A stretch of DNA of 51,896 bases from sequence record SRR20825006_1324; one strand, given 5' to 3'. Positions 30,902 through 39,968 of the stretch are shown piece by piece. How positions within the stretch are numbered: the stretch's first letter is position 1; each line of letters opens with the position of its first letter. The translations under genes were made by a program, and so were the position numbers. Below the pieces are notes generated by a model. That model was not told the DNA's origin. It saw only the letters and a program-made list of their open reading frames with translations, and did no database searches.

Positions 30902-31493
30902 AGAAATGTTTGAAAATTATAGCCCAGAACCTTCGGAACTTTCAGAAGGACACGAAGCACGATTTGAAGCTAAGTTAGACAAAGCTTTTTCTGAAACAAA
31001 TGCTTCAGAAAAAACAGCACCTATACCTTGGTTAAAAATAGCAGCAATGCTAGTTGTGCTTCTGTCTGTAGGTATTTTTGGATATCAGCAACTTTCTAAG
31101 TCAGACGTAGGTATTATAGATGACACTGCTGATTCAGTAGTTGAAACCACTACTGAAGATACGAACCCAAAACTTACTTTGGCAGATATTTCTCCAGATC
31201 TTAAAAAAGTGGAAGCATATTATATGACTGGAATCAACGTGCAATTGGCATCATTAAAAATAAATGATGAAAATAAAGACTTGGTTGATGGGTATATGTT
31301 ACGACTTTCAGAGTTAGATAAAGAATACACCTTGCTTAACTCAGAACTTAGTAAAACAGGACCTTCAGAAGCTACTGTAACCGCTTTAATAGACAATTTG
31401 AAATTACGTTTGGAATTGCTGTTCAAACTTAAAAACAAATTAAAAGAACTTAAAAATCAAAATAATGAAGAATTTAAATCAATACAATCGTAG
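30885..31493 (+). CDS. Probable single-pass anti-sigma factor
   Basis: Overlaps the sigma gene. N-terminal GHEARFEAKL, one TM (WLKIAAMLVVLL...), helical periplasmic part. Confidence 0.7.
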   Translation: MARDIKEMFENYSPEPSELSEGHEARFEAKLDKAFSETNASEKTAPIPWLKIAAMLVVLLSVGIFGYQQLSKSDVGIIDDTADSVVETTTEDTNPKLTLADISPDLKKVEAYYMTGINVQLASLKINDENKDLVDGYMLRLSELDKEYTLLNSELSKTGPSEATVTALIDNLKLRLELLFKLKNKLKELKNQNNEEFKSIQS

Positions 31494-32862
31494 CGTACCA
31501 TTTTTGTTGCTCTTGGTTACTTCAGTAGTTTTTTCACAAAAAAATTACGTAGAAAGTTTTAATGTAGCTGATAATGTAGAGGTTTCTGTGAGTACTTCTT
31601 ATACAAATGTCGTTTTTGAAACTTGGAATAAAAATAAAGTTGAAGTAGAAGCATTCATTGAAGGTGAAAAACTTTCAGAAAAGGAAAAAGCGCAACTAAT
31701 GAAAAACTGGAACCTAAATATTACAGGAAACAGTAAGAATATTAGCATTAGTTCTAATTCAGAAAATCAATCTTTTGCAATTAATGGAATGCCTGAAATG
31801 GATTTTATTGGCCCTTTGCTAGACGGTTTGGTAATGCCAATGGTGCAAAATATAAAAGTGCCGCCATTTCCAGAAGGTGTTTTAGAGAACCTTGGTCATA
31901 TTCAATTTGATTATGAAGCATATCAAAAAGATGAAAAAGGGTATATGAAAAAGTTTGAAGCACAAATTGATAAAAAATTCGGAAAGGATTTTGAAGAAAA
32001 GATGGAAAAATGGGCTGAAAGCTTTGAGCATTCTTTTGATGAGAACAAAGCAGATAGTATTAGTGAGGCTTACAGTGAAAAAATGGAAGCTTATGGCGAT
32101 AAAATGGAAGCTTGGGGTGAAGCTTATGGAAGAAAGATGGAGGCCTGGGCAGAAAAGATTGAAAGAAAATTTGAAAACGGCAATCATTCCAAAACTGTAA
32201 CTAAAACTCCTAATGGAACATCGATTGTAATTAAAGGTAACCGAAGTAGCACTAATTCGAGTAATGGCAAAAAAACCATTATTATTAGGTTGCCAAAAAA
32301 TGCCAAAACCAATGTTAACATTCGTCATGGTGAGTTAAAAATGGCAGATGCAAACAATATAAAGGCAAATTTAAATTACACGCCTTTTACAGCACAAAGT
32401 ATTGATGGGGGACAATCCCTCATCAATGCTTCCTATGCGCCTGTTGTTGTAAACACTTGGAAACAGGGCTCTTTAAACGTTAAATATGTAGATGAATGTA
32501 CTATTGAAAACGTTCAAAACATTAATCTTCAAGCAAATTCTAGTGATGTTAGGATTGGAAACATTACCAATCAAGCTTTTCTATCAGGTTCATTTGGGGA
32601 TTTAAAGATTGATAAAATTTCAGATGGTTTTGAAACTATTGATATAAGTTTAGAGAATACAGATGCTAAATTAAAAGTACCTACAGCTGCATTTTCGTTT
32701 TATTTCACAGGAAAAAAATCTACTTTAAAATATCCAAAATCACTTCAGTTGAAAGAATCTAAAAATGCAGATAGAGTATTGGTGAAGGGTTACAATCAAA
32801 GCAGTGGTACTACAAAAACGATTAGCATTAGCTCTAATTATAGCAATGTTTCAATTCAATAA
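31465..32862 (+). CDS. Exported protein with central amphipathic helical repeats and DUF4097/adhesin-like beta-rich domains
   Basis: Signal peptide; ETWNKNKVEVEA; KMEAxGE-type repeats; IIIRLPKNAKTNVNIRHGEL beta-solenoid-like C-terminus. Confidence 0.62.
   Translation: MKNLNQYNRSVPFLLLLVTSVVFSQKNYVESFNVADNVEVSVSTSYTNVVFETWNKNKVEVEAFIEGEKLSEKEKAQLMKNWNLNITGNSKNISISSNSENQSFAINGMPEMDFIGPLLDGLVMPMVQNIKVPPFPEGVLENLGHIQFDYEAYQKDEKGYMKKFEAQIDKKFGKDFEEKMEKWAESFEHSFDENKADSISEAYSEKMEAYGDKMEAWGEAYGRKMEAWAEKIERKFENGNHSKTVTKTPNGTSIVIKGNRSSTNSSNGKKTIIIRLPKNAKTNVNIRHGELKMADANNIKANLNYTPFTAQSIDGGQSLINASYAPVVVNTWKQGSLNVKYVDECTIENVQNINLQANSSDVRIGNITNQAFLSGSFGDLKIDKISDGFETIDISLENTDAKLKVPTAAFSFYFTGKKSTLKYPKSLQLKESKNADRVLVKGYNQSSGTTKTISISSNYSNVSIQ
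32065..32160 (+). repeat. Intragenic imperfect repeats (EAYSEKM/EAYGDKM/EAWG/EAYGRKM/EAWAEK)
   Basis: Recurrent AAAATGGAAGCTT and GAAGCTTATGG units in the DNA. Confidence 0.8.
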
Positions 32863-32943
32863 ATAGTGTATGGTTTAAAAATTACATTACTTTTTTCAGT
32901 GGAATTCTTCAAGGTTAAAATAACTGCAAGCTAGATTTTTGTA

Positions 32944-35370
32944 TTAATAATTCACATACACCCATCCTATAAAAGCTTTAGGATATTTAGGGTCATTTAA
33001 AACTAAAACATAATAATAGGTACCAACAGGAATAGTCTTTCCTTTAAAAATGAGTCCTTGTGTCGCCGTTCCATCCCAAAACCCATCTGAATTATGTGCT
33101 GTGTGAATTAAATTTCCGTCGCGAGTGAAGATTTTAAGCTCAAAATTTTCATAAATATTAAGCAGGTTGCTAATTTCAAATTCATCATTTATTCCGTCGT
33201 TATTAGGTGAAAAACCTTGTGGAATAAAAGGCGCACAGTTTTCGGTAGTTAATAAAAACGAAGCTGTAGCAAAACAAATTTCATTTTCTAGTCGCACATA
33301 AATAGTTTGCGGGTCGCTTGTGTTTTTATAATCACTTGGGGTACTAATTGGATTGGTATTCTCCAAAGCATTTTCCATAGAAGTGTAATAATTGATAATG
33401 TCTTCTTGTCCGGTACGTATTAATTTATCTTGTGTTGTAATATCAAAAATGGCAGTATCAAAACCAGTATCGCATTCCAAAAGATTTGGTAAATCTGGAA
33501 TGGGAGGGATGCTCTTAAAATTGATAGCTTGCGAAAAAGTATTATTATTTTCAAGTAATTCTTCAACCGCGCCATTACCATTTCCATCATCATCTACAAC
33601 TGCGGTAATTGTAAAAATATCGGGTAGATTTTTGGGAAGTAGAAGTGTTATTGCACCATTTTCACTACTGCCAATCGCTATTGATTGCTGCGTATGCGCT
33701 ATTCCTAATAATTGGCCATCTGTATAAAATGCTATCGAAACATTTGCGGGCAATGGTGCTGTGGCATCTAAATTATATATAATGAATGGTAACATTAACT
33801 CACGATTTCTACAAGCAGTAACCTCAGGAATTACAATTGTAGCATCGGGTAAAGGGCAAGTTATTACTTCCACAGTAAAAGAAGCAATAAGAAAACAATC
33901 TGGGTTTGCTACGCGGATATGTATGGTCTGTGGATTTTCGGTATTTTGAAAATTTTCAGGGTTTAAAATAGGGTTTTGATTGTTTTGTGCATCCGTTTCA
34001 GATAGGTGAAAACTTAGGCTGTAAATGGGATCTATTTCTGAAGTAGCTTCAGTGAGGTTAAAAAATTCTTCACCAATCACATCGCAGGTTTTTAGGTTTT
34101 TTAAACCTGAAATTATTGGATTTATTAATAATTGAATCGGTGTTTCAGCTTCGTTGTTTTCTTCATTAGTTTCTTTAACGATGCCTGTACCGTCTCCAAT
34201 GTCATCAACAGCGATTTTCAGAATAAAATTAGTGTTTATGGTATTGGGAACTGTAAATGTTATACTACCCGTTTCTTGTCCGTCAATAGGAATAATCGTC
34301 ACGGTAGCGCTTTGTGCGATAAGGGTTTGGTCTGCATAAAAAGCAATAGGGGTGTTTGCAGGAAGCTCATCGGTTGAGTTTACATTATAAACCGTATAGT
34401 CTATTTTTAGCTCTCGGTTGCCGCATTCCATATTACCAATCACATTGTCTATGGTAATGGTAGCGTCTGGTAATTCAGTATTTAGAACAGTAATAATATT
34501 GTTTACCATCACAAAATCCTGTTCGCTAGTAAGCTGTATAGTCGCCGAAGTATCGCCAGGATTTATATAATTTGAAATAGGATAAAAATCAATATCCATA
34601 TTATAAAGCGCATTGCTTCCTGTAAAGCTATTGGTGCCATTAAAAGCATTATCTGAAGGGTTTAGCGGCGGATTACTTAAAATATTTCCGTTAATACGAA
34701 GTGTTTCGTTTATAGCCAAACCACTATCTCCTTCCCAAGCAAGGAAACCTATTTTTGCACCTTGAGTATCACGAACTAATAGATTGTTTAAAACAATTTC
34801 TAAGGTTGTATTGGTTCTTGAAACACTCTCAAGGCCGTCAAAAACATTCACTTGGTTTAAGGGTAATGTGGCGTCTTCATAAACAACCGTAACCGCCCAA
34901 CCACCAAAATTAGTGCCTGAACCTGGTGGATTACAATAGGTGGGAATTACTTGGGTTAAGTCTAATTCAGAAAGTGTGTAGGTGCCATTTCCAGTGGCTT
35001 TTATTTGCTCTGTAACTTCTGCAAATGCTGAAAAATAGATATAGTCAGTACCATTTGAAGTATATGTTTCATTAAAAATACGTGCTGCGGTAATGGGAAC
35101 TTGATTGAATTCTACATTGAAATCTCCCGAGCCAGAACCAGCCCAATACAAATAGGCAGCAACTACTTCTTGATTTGGTTGCAGTTGAAAATTTGCACTA
35201 CTGCTGGTAAGGATAAAACACTGTCCTCCTGAGCCATTTTCTTCCACATTTAGCGTGTTCCCAAATGCGGTATAATCATAATGACCATTAAGCTGCGTAT
35301 ACAGCGAAATATCCTGTGAGTAGCCTACAGTGAAAAACAGTAAAAAAAGTATTGAAAAATATAGTTTCAA
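32944..35370 (-). CDS. T9SS type B CTD (gliding-motility-associated C-terminal domain) surface protein with duplicated CARDB-like module
   Basis: Signal peptide; IPQGFSPNNDGINDEF...IFTRDG...WDG...GTYYY...GWVYVNY tail; 207-aa tandem duplication. Confidence 0.88.
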   Translation of the reverse strand: MKLYFSILFLLFFTVGYSQDISLYTQLNGHYDYTAFGNTLNVEENGSGGQCFILTSSSANFQLQPNQEVVAAYLYWAGSGSGDFNVEFNQVPITAARIFNETYTSNGTDYIYFSAFAEVTEQIKATGNGTYTLSELDLTQVIPTYCNPPGSGTNFGGWAVTVVYEDATLPLNQVNVFDGLESVSRTNTTLEIVLNNLLVRDTQGAKIGFLAWEGDSGLAINETLRINGNILSNPPLNPSDNAFNGTNSFTGSNALYNMDIDFYPISNYINPGDTSATIQLTSEQDFVMVNNIITVLNTELPDATITIDNVIGNMECGNRELKIDYTVYNVNSTDELPANTPIAFYADQTLIAQSATVTIIPIDGQETGSITFTVPNTINTNFILKIAVDDIGDGTGIVKETNEENNEAETPIQLLINPIISGLKNLKTCDVIGEEFFNLTEATSEIDPIYSLSFHLSETDAQNNQNPILNPENFQNTENPQTIHIRVANPDCFLIASFTVEVITCPLPDATIVIPEVTACRNRELMLPFIIYNLDATAPLPANVSIAFYTDGQLLGIAHTQQSIAIGSSENGAITLLLPKNLPDIFTITAVVDDDGNGNGAVEELLENNNTFSQAINFKSIPPIPDLPNLLECDTGFDTAIFDITTQDKLIRTGQEDIINYYTSMENALENTNPISTPSDYKNTSDPQTIYVRLENEICFATASFLLTTENCAPFIPQGFSPNNDGINDEFEISNLLNIYENFELKIFTRDGNLIHTAHNSDGFWDGTATQGLIFKGKTIPVGTYYYVLVLNDPKYPKAFIGWVYVNY
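33232..34473 (-). repeat. Tandem 621-bp (207-aa) intragenic duplication
   Basis: Both units start LPDATI (34473 and 33852) and share LPAN..IAFY.D, VDD.G.G.G.V.E..E.NN and NT..PQTI..R. Confidence 0.85.
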
Positions 35371-35429
35371 GGAAATTACAATGATTTATTGCTAAATATA
35401 GACAAAAAATCGTGGGTAATTAGGGTTTT

Positions 35430-36266
35430 CTATAGGTCTCTTTTTTTCAAAATAGCATAAGACCAGTATACGAAAAGCGCTGTCCAAACAAGAACAATTA
35501 TAATATTTAAGATAGTAACATCATATTCTTTATTAAAGTTTTCTCCTAATTGATTAGCGGCAGATTGTATAGCCCCCAAACGACTTACAGGCTCTTTTAT
35601 AAGGTTTGCCATTGCATTAAGCGGGAAGAATTGCGCAACTGTATCTGAAATAGTAGTGTCTTTAAAAAACTGCCATTTCATTAAACCATAAAGCAACCAT
35701 TCTACAATTTGCCAAACAATCAAAAAGCCAAGTGCGAAAGCAGAACGTTTAACCAAAACTCCTAGAAATAAACAAAAGGAGAAAAAAGCGACTAGCTTTA
35801 TAAAATAGGCGCCTATGTATTCCATATCGCTGAAAATAATTCCTATCTCATTATAATCTGAAAAAGAAATTCCTAAAATTAAGGAAACCAAAAAGATGAA
35901 TATAGTAGATAAACCTGCAAAAAGTAAGACAGTTAAAAACTTTGAAAGCACAAATTCCTTCTTGCTAAGACCATCAATTAAATTTTGCTTAAGCGTGCGA
36001 TAACTGTATTCATTACTCATCATTGAAACAATCACTATTGCCAGAAACAATTTTAAAATTGCCGCGAAATAAGTGTTGAAATGCCAAATAAATGGAAAGT
36101 TGAATATCCCTTGATCTGCTACACGAAAATGAAAATCACCGAAATTGAATTCAATAGAAGCTATTAATGCAATAAATGTGATAAGTACAAAATAAATAAT
36201 TGAAATAACCTTAGCTGCACGGTTATATCGCAATTTTTGAAGTTCTATATTTAATAATCGAAGCAT
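35430..36266 (-). CDS. ABC-2 type exporter permease
   Basis: About 6 TM segments, NEYSYRTLKQNLIDG...SKF and C-terminal KKRDL. Confidence 0.88.
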   Translation of the reverse strand: MLRLLNIELQKLRYNRAAKVISIIYFVLITFIALIASIEFNFGDFHFRVADQGIFNFPFIWHFNTYFAAILKLFLAIVIVSMMSNEYSYRTLKQNLIDGLSKKEFVLSKFLTVLLFAGLSTIFIFLVSLILGISFSDYNEIGIIFSDMEYIGAYFIKLVAFFSFCLFLGVLVKRSAFALGFLIVWQIVEWLLYGLMKWQFFKDTTISDTVAQFFPLNAMANLIKEPVSRLGAIQSAANQLGENFNKEYDVTILNIIIVLVWTALFVYWSYAILKKRDL

Positions 36267-36271
36267 TGTGG

Positions 36272-37168
36272 TTAGTTTTGTTTGGTAAGTTCAAGAAATT
36301 GTTCTTCAAGGCTTTCCTTGCGTTTTACAAGGTGTGAAAGTGTAATGCCTTTTTCAAAAAGAAGTTTATTTACTTCAGAAGCGTCCAAAGGTTCGTTGAG
36401 GTAAGCGATTAAATAATCGCCTTCACGCTTTGTTTTGCCAAAAGCAGGATTTCCTTCCAAAGTATTCTGAAGGATTTCCATATTGTTGCTTTGCATGGTA
36501 AGAAACCCATGGCTGGCGTTCATTCCGTCCACACTGCCAGCATAGAGGCTTACTCCTTTCCGAAGAATAACCACGTGGCTACAAACTTTTTCAACTTCAT
36601 CTAGTAAATGTGAAGCAAGTAAAATAGTGGTTCCTTGGGAGGCAATTTTCTTTATTATTTCACGAATTTGATGAATTCCTTGTGGGTCGAGACCGTTTGT
36701 AGGTTCATCAAGAATTAGTATTTCTGGATCATTTAACAGTGCTGAAGCAATAGCCAAGCGTTGTTTCATTCCCAATGAAAAAGTACTGAATTTGCTGTCT
36801 TTTCTATCTTCTAATCCTACAAGTTGTAATTTTTCAACAATCTTTTCATCCGAAACATCTTTGATTTTACATACAAGTTGTAGGTTTTGAGCAGCCGTCA
36901 TATATGGGTAAAAATTTGGGCGTTCTATAATCGCTCCCACTTTTTTTAGTGCATCATGAGTAGATGTATAACCATCAAACCATTGAAATTCGCCAGAAGT
37001 TTTATTAACTACGTTTAGAACGATGCCTAAAGTGGTGCTTTTACCGCTACCGTTGGGGCCAAGAATACCATAAACGTTGCCTTTTTCAATAGTAAATGAA
37101 AGATTGTTAACGGCAGTTATAGCGCCAAAATTCTTGCTTAGGTTTTGTATGTTTAGAATAGTATTCAC
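36272..37168 (-). CDS. ABC exporter ATP-binding protein (BcrA/lantibiotic-immunity-like subfamily)
   Basis: GPNGSGKST, FSLGMKQRL, LDEPTNGLDP, SHLLDEVE and terminal SLEEQFL. In-frame GTG 37168 preferred. Confidence 0.92.
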   Translation of the reverse strand: MNTILNIQNLSKNFGAITAVNNLSFTIEKGNVYGILGPNGSGKSTTLGIVLNVVNKTSGEFQWFDGYTSTHDALKKVGAIIERPNFYPYMTAAQNLQLVCKIKDVSDEKIVEKLQLVGLEDRKDSKFSTFSLGMKQRLAIASALLNDPEILILDEPTNGLDPQGIHQIREIIKKIASQGTTILLASHLLDEVEKVCSHVVILRKGVSLYAGSVDGMNASHGFLTMQSNNMEILQNTLEGNPAFGKTKREGDYLIAYLNEPLDASEVNKLLFEKGITLSHLVKRKESLEEQFLELTKQN

Positions 37169-37197
37169 AGTTATTTTTTGGTGATTGTTTTTAATAT

Positions 37198-37225
37198 GAC
37201 GAACGGGTAGGGGAATTGTTACAAT
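37198..37225 (-). promoter_or_regulatory. Second ECF-type promoter ATTGTAAC-N16-CGTC upstream of the ABC exporter
   Basis: Minus strand reads ATTGTAAC-AATTCCCCTACCCGTT-CGTC, 29 nt before GTG 37168. Same architecture as 30293-30320. Confidence 0.72.
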
Positions 37226-37323
37226 AAATAGTAGTGAGTATTTAGAGGTGTGTCTGTAAAAAAAAAATAACAAAGTATTAATTCCTATGCTTTGTTATAG
37301 TAATATTTTGGTTTGTATTTTAT

Positions 37324-37331
37324 TACCTTTG
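37324..37331 (+). promoter_or_regulatory. -7 element (TACCTTTG) for the PPIase
   Basis: Exact TAnnTTTG 22 nt upstream of the ATG. Confidence 0.7.
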
Positions 37332-37353
37332 CACCTCATTTAAAAAAAACACA

Positions 37354-38286
37354 ATGCAAGACGGAATTTACGCAAAAATAACAACCGAGCAAGGAGAGAT
37401 TCTTATAAAACTGACGTACGATAAAACGCCAGGAACAGTTGGGAATTTTGTAGCACTAGCTGAAGGAAATTTAGAAAATTCGGCAAAACCACAAGGAACT
37501 CCATATTATGACGGGTTGAAATTTCACAGGGTAATCCCAGATTTTATGGTTCAAGGTGGAGATCCAAATGGAACAGGTTCTGGTGGTCCTGGATATGATT
37601 TTGAAGATGAATTTCACAAAGATTTACGTCATGATTCTCCTGGAGTATTGTCTATGGCAAACTCAGGCCCTGCAAGTAATGGAAGTCAGTTTTTTATCAC
37701 ACATGTGGCAACGCCATGGTTAGATGATAAGCATACTGTATTTGGAAATGTTGTTGAAGGACAGGAAGTTGTAGACAGTGTGGCGCAAGGACATACCATG
37801 CAAAAAGTTGAAATAATTCGAGTTGGTGAAGAAGCTAAAAAATGGAATGCTGTAGAAGCTTTTAGAAGTTTTACTGGCGAAAGAGAAGCTCGTATTGAAA
37901 AAATGAAGCAGCAGGAAGCTGATGCAATCAAAAAAGTTTCTGAGGGATTTGATAAAACAAATAGCGGACTTTTATATAAGATAATTCAGAAAGGAAGTGG
38001 TGCAAAAGCAGCAAAAGGAAAAACAGTTTCTGTGCATTATAAAGGTGCTTTAATTGATGGAACTGAATTTGACTCTTCCTATAAAAGAAAACAGCCAATT
38101 GATTTTCAATTAGGCGTTGGACAAGTAATTTCTGGTTGGGACGAAGGGATTCAATTATTACAAATAGGCGATAAGGCTCGTTTTGTAATTCCTTCACACC
38201 TTGCATACGGTGAGCGTGGTGCTGGCGGTGTAATTCCACCAAGTGCTACTCTTATTTTTGATGTAGAATTGATGGATGTAAAATAA
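37354..38286 (+). CDS. Dual-domain peptidyl-prolyl isomerase (cyclophilin + FKBP)
   Basis: Cyclophilin: [62 protein letters not shown]. Confidence 0.96.
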   Translation: MQDGIYAKITTEQGEILIKLTYDKTPGTVGNFVALAEGNLENSAKPQGTPYYDGLKFHRVIPDFMVQGGDPNGTGSGGPGYDFEDEFHKDLRHDSPGVLSMANSGPASNGSQFFITHVATPWLDDKHTVFGNVVEGQEVVDSVAQGHTMQKVEIIRVGEEAKKWNAVEAFRSFTGEREARIEKMKQQEADAIKKVSEGFDKTNSGLLYKIIQKGSGAKAAKGKTVSVHYKGALIDGTEFDSSYKRKQPIDFQLGVGQVISGWDEGIQLLQIGDKARFVIPSHLAYGERGAGGVIPPSATLIFDVELMDVK

Positions 38287-38307
38287 AATTAGAAAGTTTT
38301 AATAAAG

Positions 38308-38343
38308 AAAAATGCGTCCAGTTTATGGACGCATTTTTTTTTT
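38308..38343. terminator. Intrinsic terminator after the PPIase (probably bidirectional)
   Basis: AAAAATGCGTCCA-GTTTA-TGGACGCATTTTT followed by a further T-run. Confidence 0.92.
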
Positions 38344-38352
38344 GAATCAATA

Positions 38353-39339
38353 TTATTTTACAATCAGTTTTTGTGTAGCAAGTACTTTCCCGTTATCGTA
38401 TATTTTAACGAAGTAAATTCCCGAAGGATAGTTATTCACATCAAAAATTAGTACGTTGTGTGGAGTTTTAATAGATCTTTTAATAATTTGTTTACCAGAG
38501 ATATCCAGAATTTCATAACCATTCATCATGCTTGAGGCACTTTTTATAGTTACTTCACCATTTGAAGGATTCGGGTAAATAGTAATCGTTTTATCAGTTT
38601 CTATATTTTGAATCCCTAATGTAGCATTGTACTGATTTTGAAGTTCGTCGATGGGTTCAAAAATTGTATTGGAAATCCATACATTTATATCTAAAGAAAG
38701 GTTTCCGTGAGTGCTATTTGTATCGTCAGGTTGGGCAACTCTAATAAATGCTGATGCTGAACTAACGCCGTCACTAAGGCATCTAGCGTCTGCTCCTGGA
38801 CGTTTAGCACCTTGTAATGCAGCCATCAATTTGTCTGCTAAAGTACCAGTAGCATTCAAAAATCCGGATTCCATATCATTTACAACATCTTCACTGATAA
38901 GTATGTTTCCTTGGATGGAATAATTTGGACCTGTAATGTGAATAAAATCTGCCAAACAATTAGCACCCGTATAGGCAGCACTTCTAGGATTGCCGTTATT
39001 TAAATCTACAACACCATATTGACGTTGATTGGGGTTGTTTTGTGCATCATTGGCTACTATATAATCAATAATTTCTTGTGGTGAATCCCCTGCAATCATA
39101 CGAGCTCGTGCATTATTTTGATTTTGAGTTAAATAATAGGACTGGGTGTGTATGGCACCAACGCCTAACACAATGTCACTAATTGTTATTGCACCATCTT
39201 CTGCTGCAATGCATGTTGCGCCAGCACTACCTATTTCACCAGTAACAGGATCTACCGCTACAATTGAAAATGTGTGTTGTGAATAAAGGGAAAAGGATAA
39301 AATTGAGAATAAAATTAAGGGGATAAATGACTTTAACAT
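38353..39339 (-). CDS. DUF1028 (Ntn-hydrolase-like) protein with T9SS type A CTD
   Basis: TFSIVAVDPVTGEIG, RQYGVVD, AYTG, IQGNIL, LADKLMAALQ, GADAR motifs; YPNPS...QKLIVK tail. Confidence 0.85.
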   Translation of the reverse strand: MLKSFIPLILFSILSFSLYSQHTFSIVAVDPVTGEIGSAGATCIAAEDGAITISDIVLGVGAIHTQSYYLTQNQNNARARMIAGDSPQEIIDYIVANDAQNNPNQRQYGVVDLNNGNPRSAAYTGANCLADFIHITGPNYSIQGNILISEDVVNDMESGFLNATGTLADKLMAALQGAKRPGADARCLSDGVSSASAFIRVAQPDDTNSTHGNLSLDINVWISNTIFEPIDELQNQYNATLGIQNIETDKTITIYPNPSNGEVTIKSASSMMNGYEILDISGKQIIKRSIKTPHNVLIFDVNNYPSGIYFVKIYDNGKVLATQKLIVK

Positions 39340-39431
39340 AATGAGGTTTTTAAAGGTTTGATTATAAAGATACTATATTTCTTCTGAATTTAAAATATAA
39401 AATAATCAATACCCTTTTGTACATTTAGCAA

Positions 39432-39968
39432 ATGGATATAGAAAAACTTAAATACCCGATTGGTAGCTTTGAAGCACCTTCAAATATTACTTCTGAAAAG
39501 CTTGAAGCTTGGATTTCTATAATAGAGCATTTTCCCAATAGGTTGTTGAATTTGGTGAGTAACCTTTCCGAAAATCAACTTGATACACCCTATAGACCTG
39601 AGAGTTGGACTGTGCGACAACTTATAAATCATTTGTATGATAGTCACCACAATAGTTATTCGCGTTTTAAATGGGCGATGACGGAAGAAACTCCTATTAT
39701 TAAAGTGTATGATGAAAAAGCTTGGGCAAATTTATTTGATTCAACAACTGCACCCATACATCTTTCTTTAAATGCAATTGCAGCATTACACGCTAAATGG
39801 GTTTACTTTTTGAAGGGTTTAACTATGGAAAATTTTCAAAAAGAATTTATACATCCGGATGGCAACGAAAAGGTTACGCTTTCTGAAAATACAGGAATCT
39901 ATGCGTGGCACTGCAACCACCATTATGCACATATAGAAAATTTAATGAAACGAGAAGGCTGGAACTAA
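39432..39968 (+). CDS. YfiT/BstA-family bacillithiol S-transferase (DinB superfamily)
   Basis: LKYPIG, LDTPYRPESWTVRQLINH..DSH and YAWHCNHHYAHI motifs. Confidence 0.92.
   Translation: MDIEKLKYPIGSFEAPSNITSEKLEAWISIIEHFPNRLLNLVSNLSENQLDTPYRPESWTVRQLINHLYDSHHNSYSRFKWAMTEETPIIKVYDEKAWANLFDSTTAPIHLSLNAIAALHAKWVYFLKGLTMENFQKEFIHPDGNEKVTLSENTGIYAWHCNHHYAHIENLMKREGWN

Noticed and set aside
37169-37273. N-terminal extension of the ABC ATPase in the ORF track
   Set aside because: It overlaps the ECF-type promoter; GTG 37168 gives a normal ATPase N-terminus.
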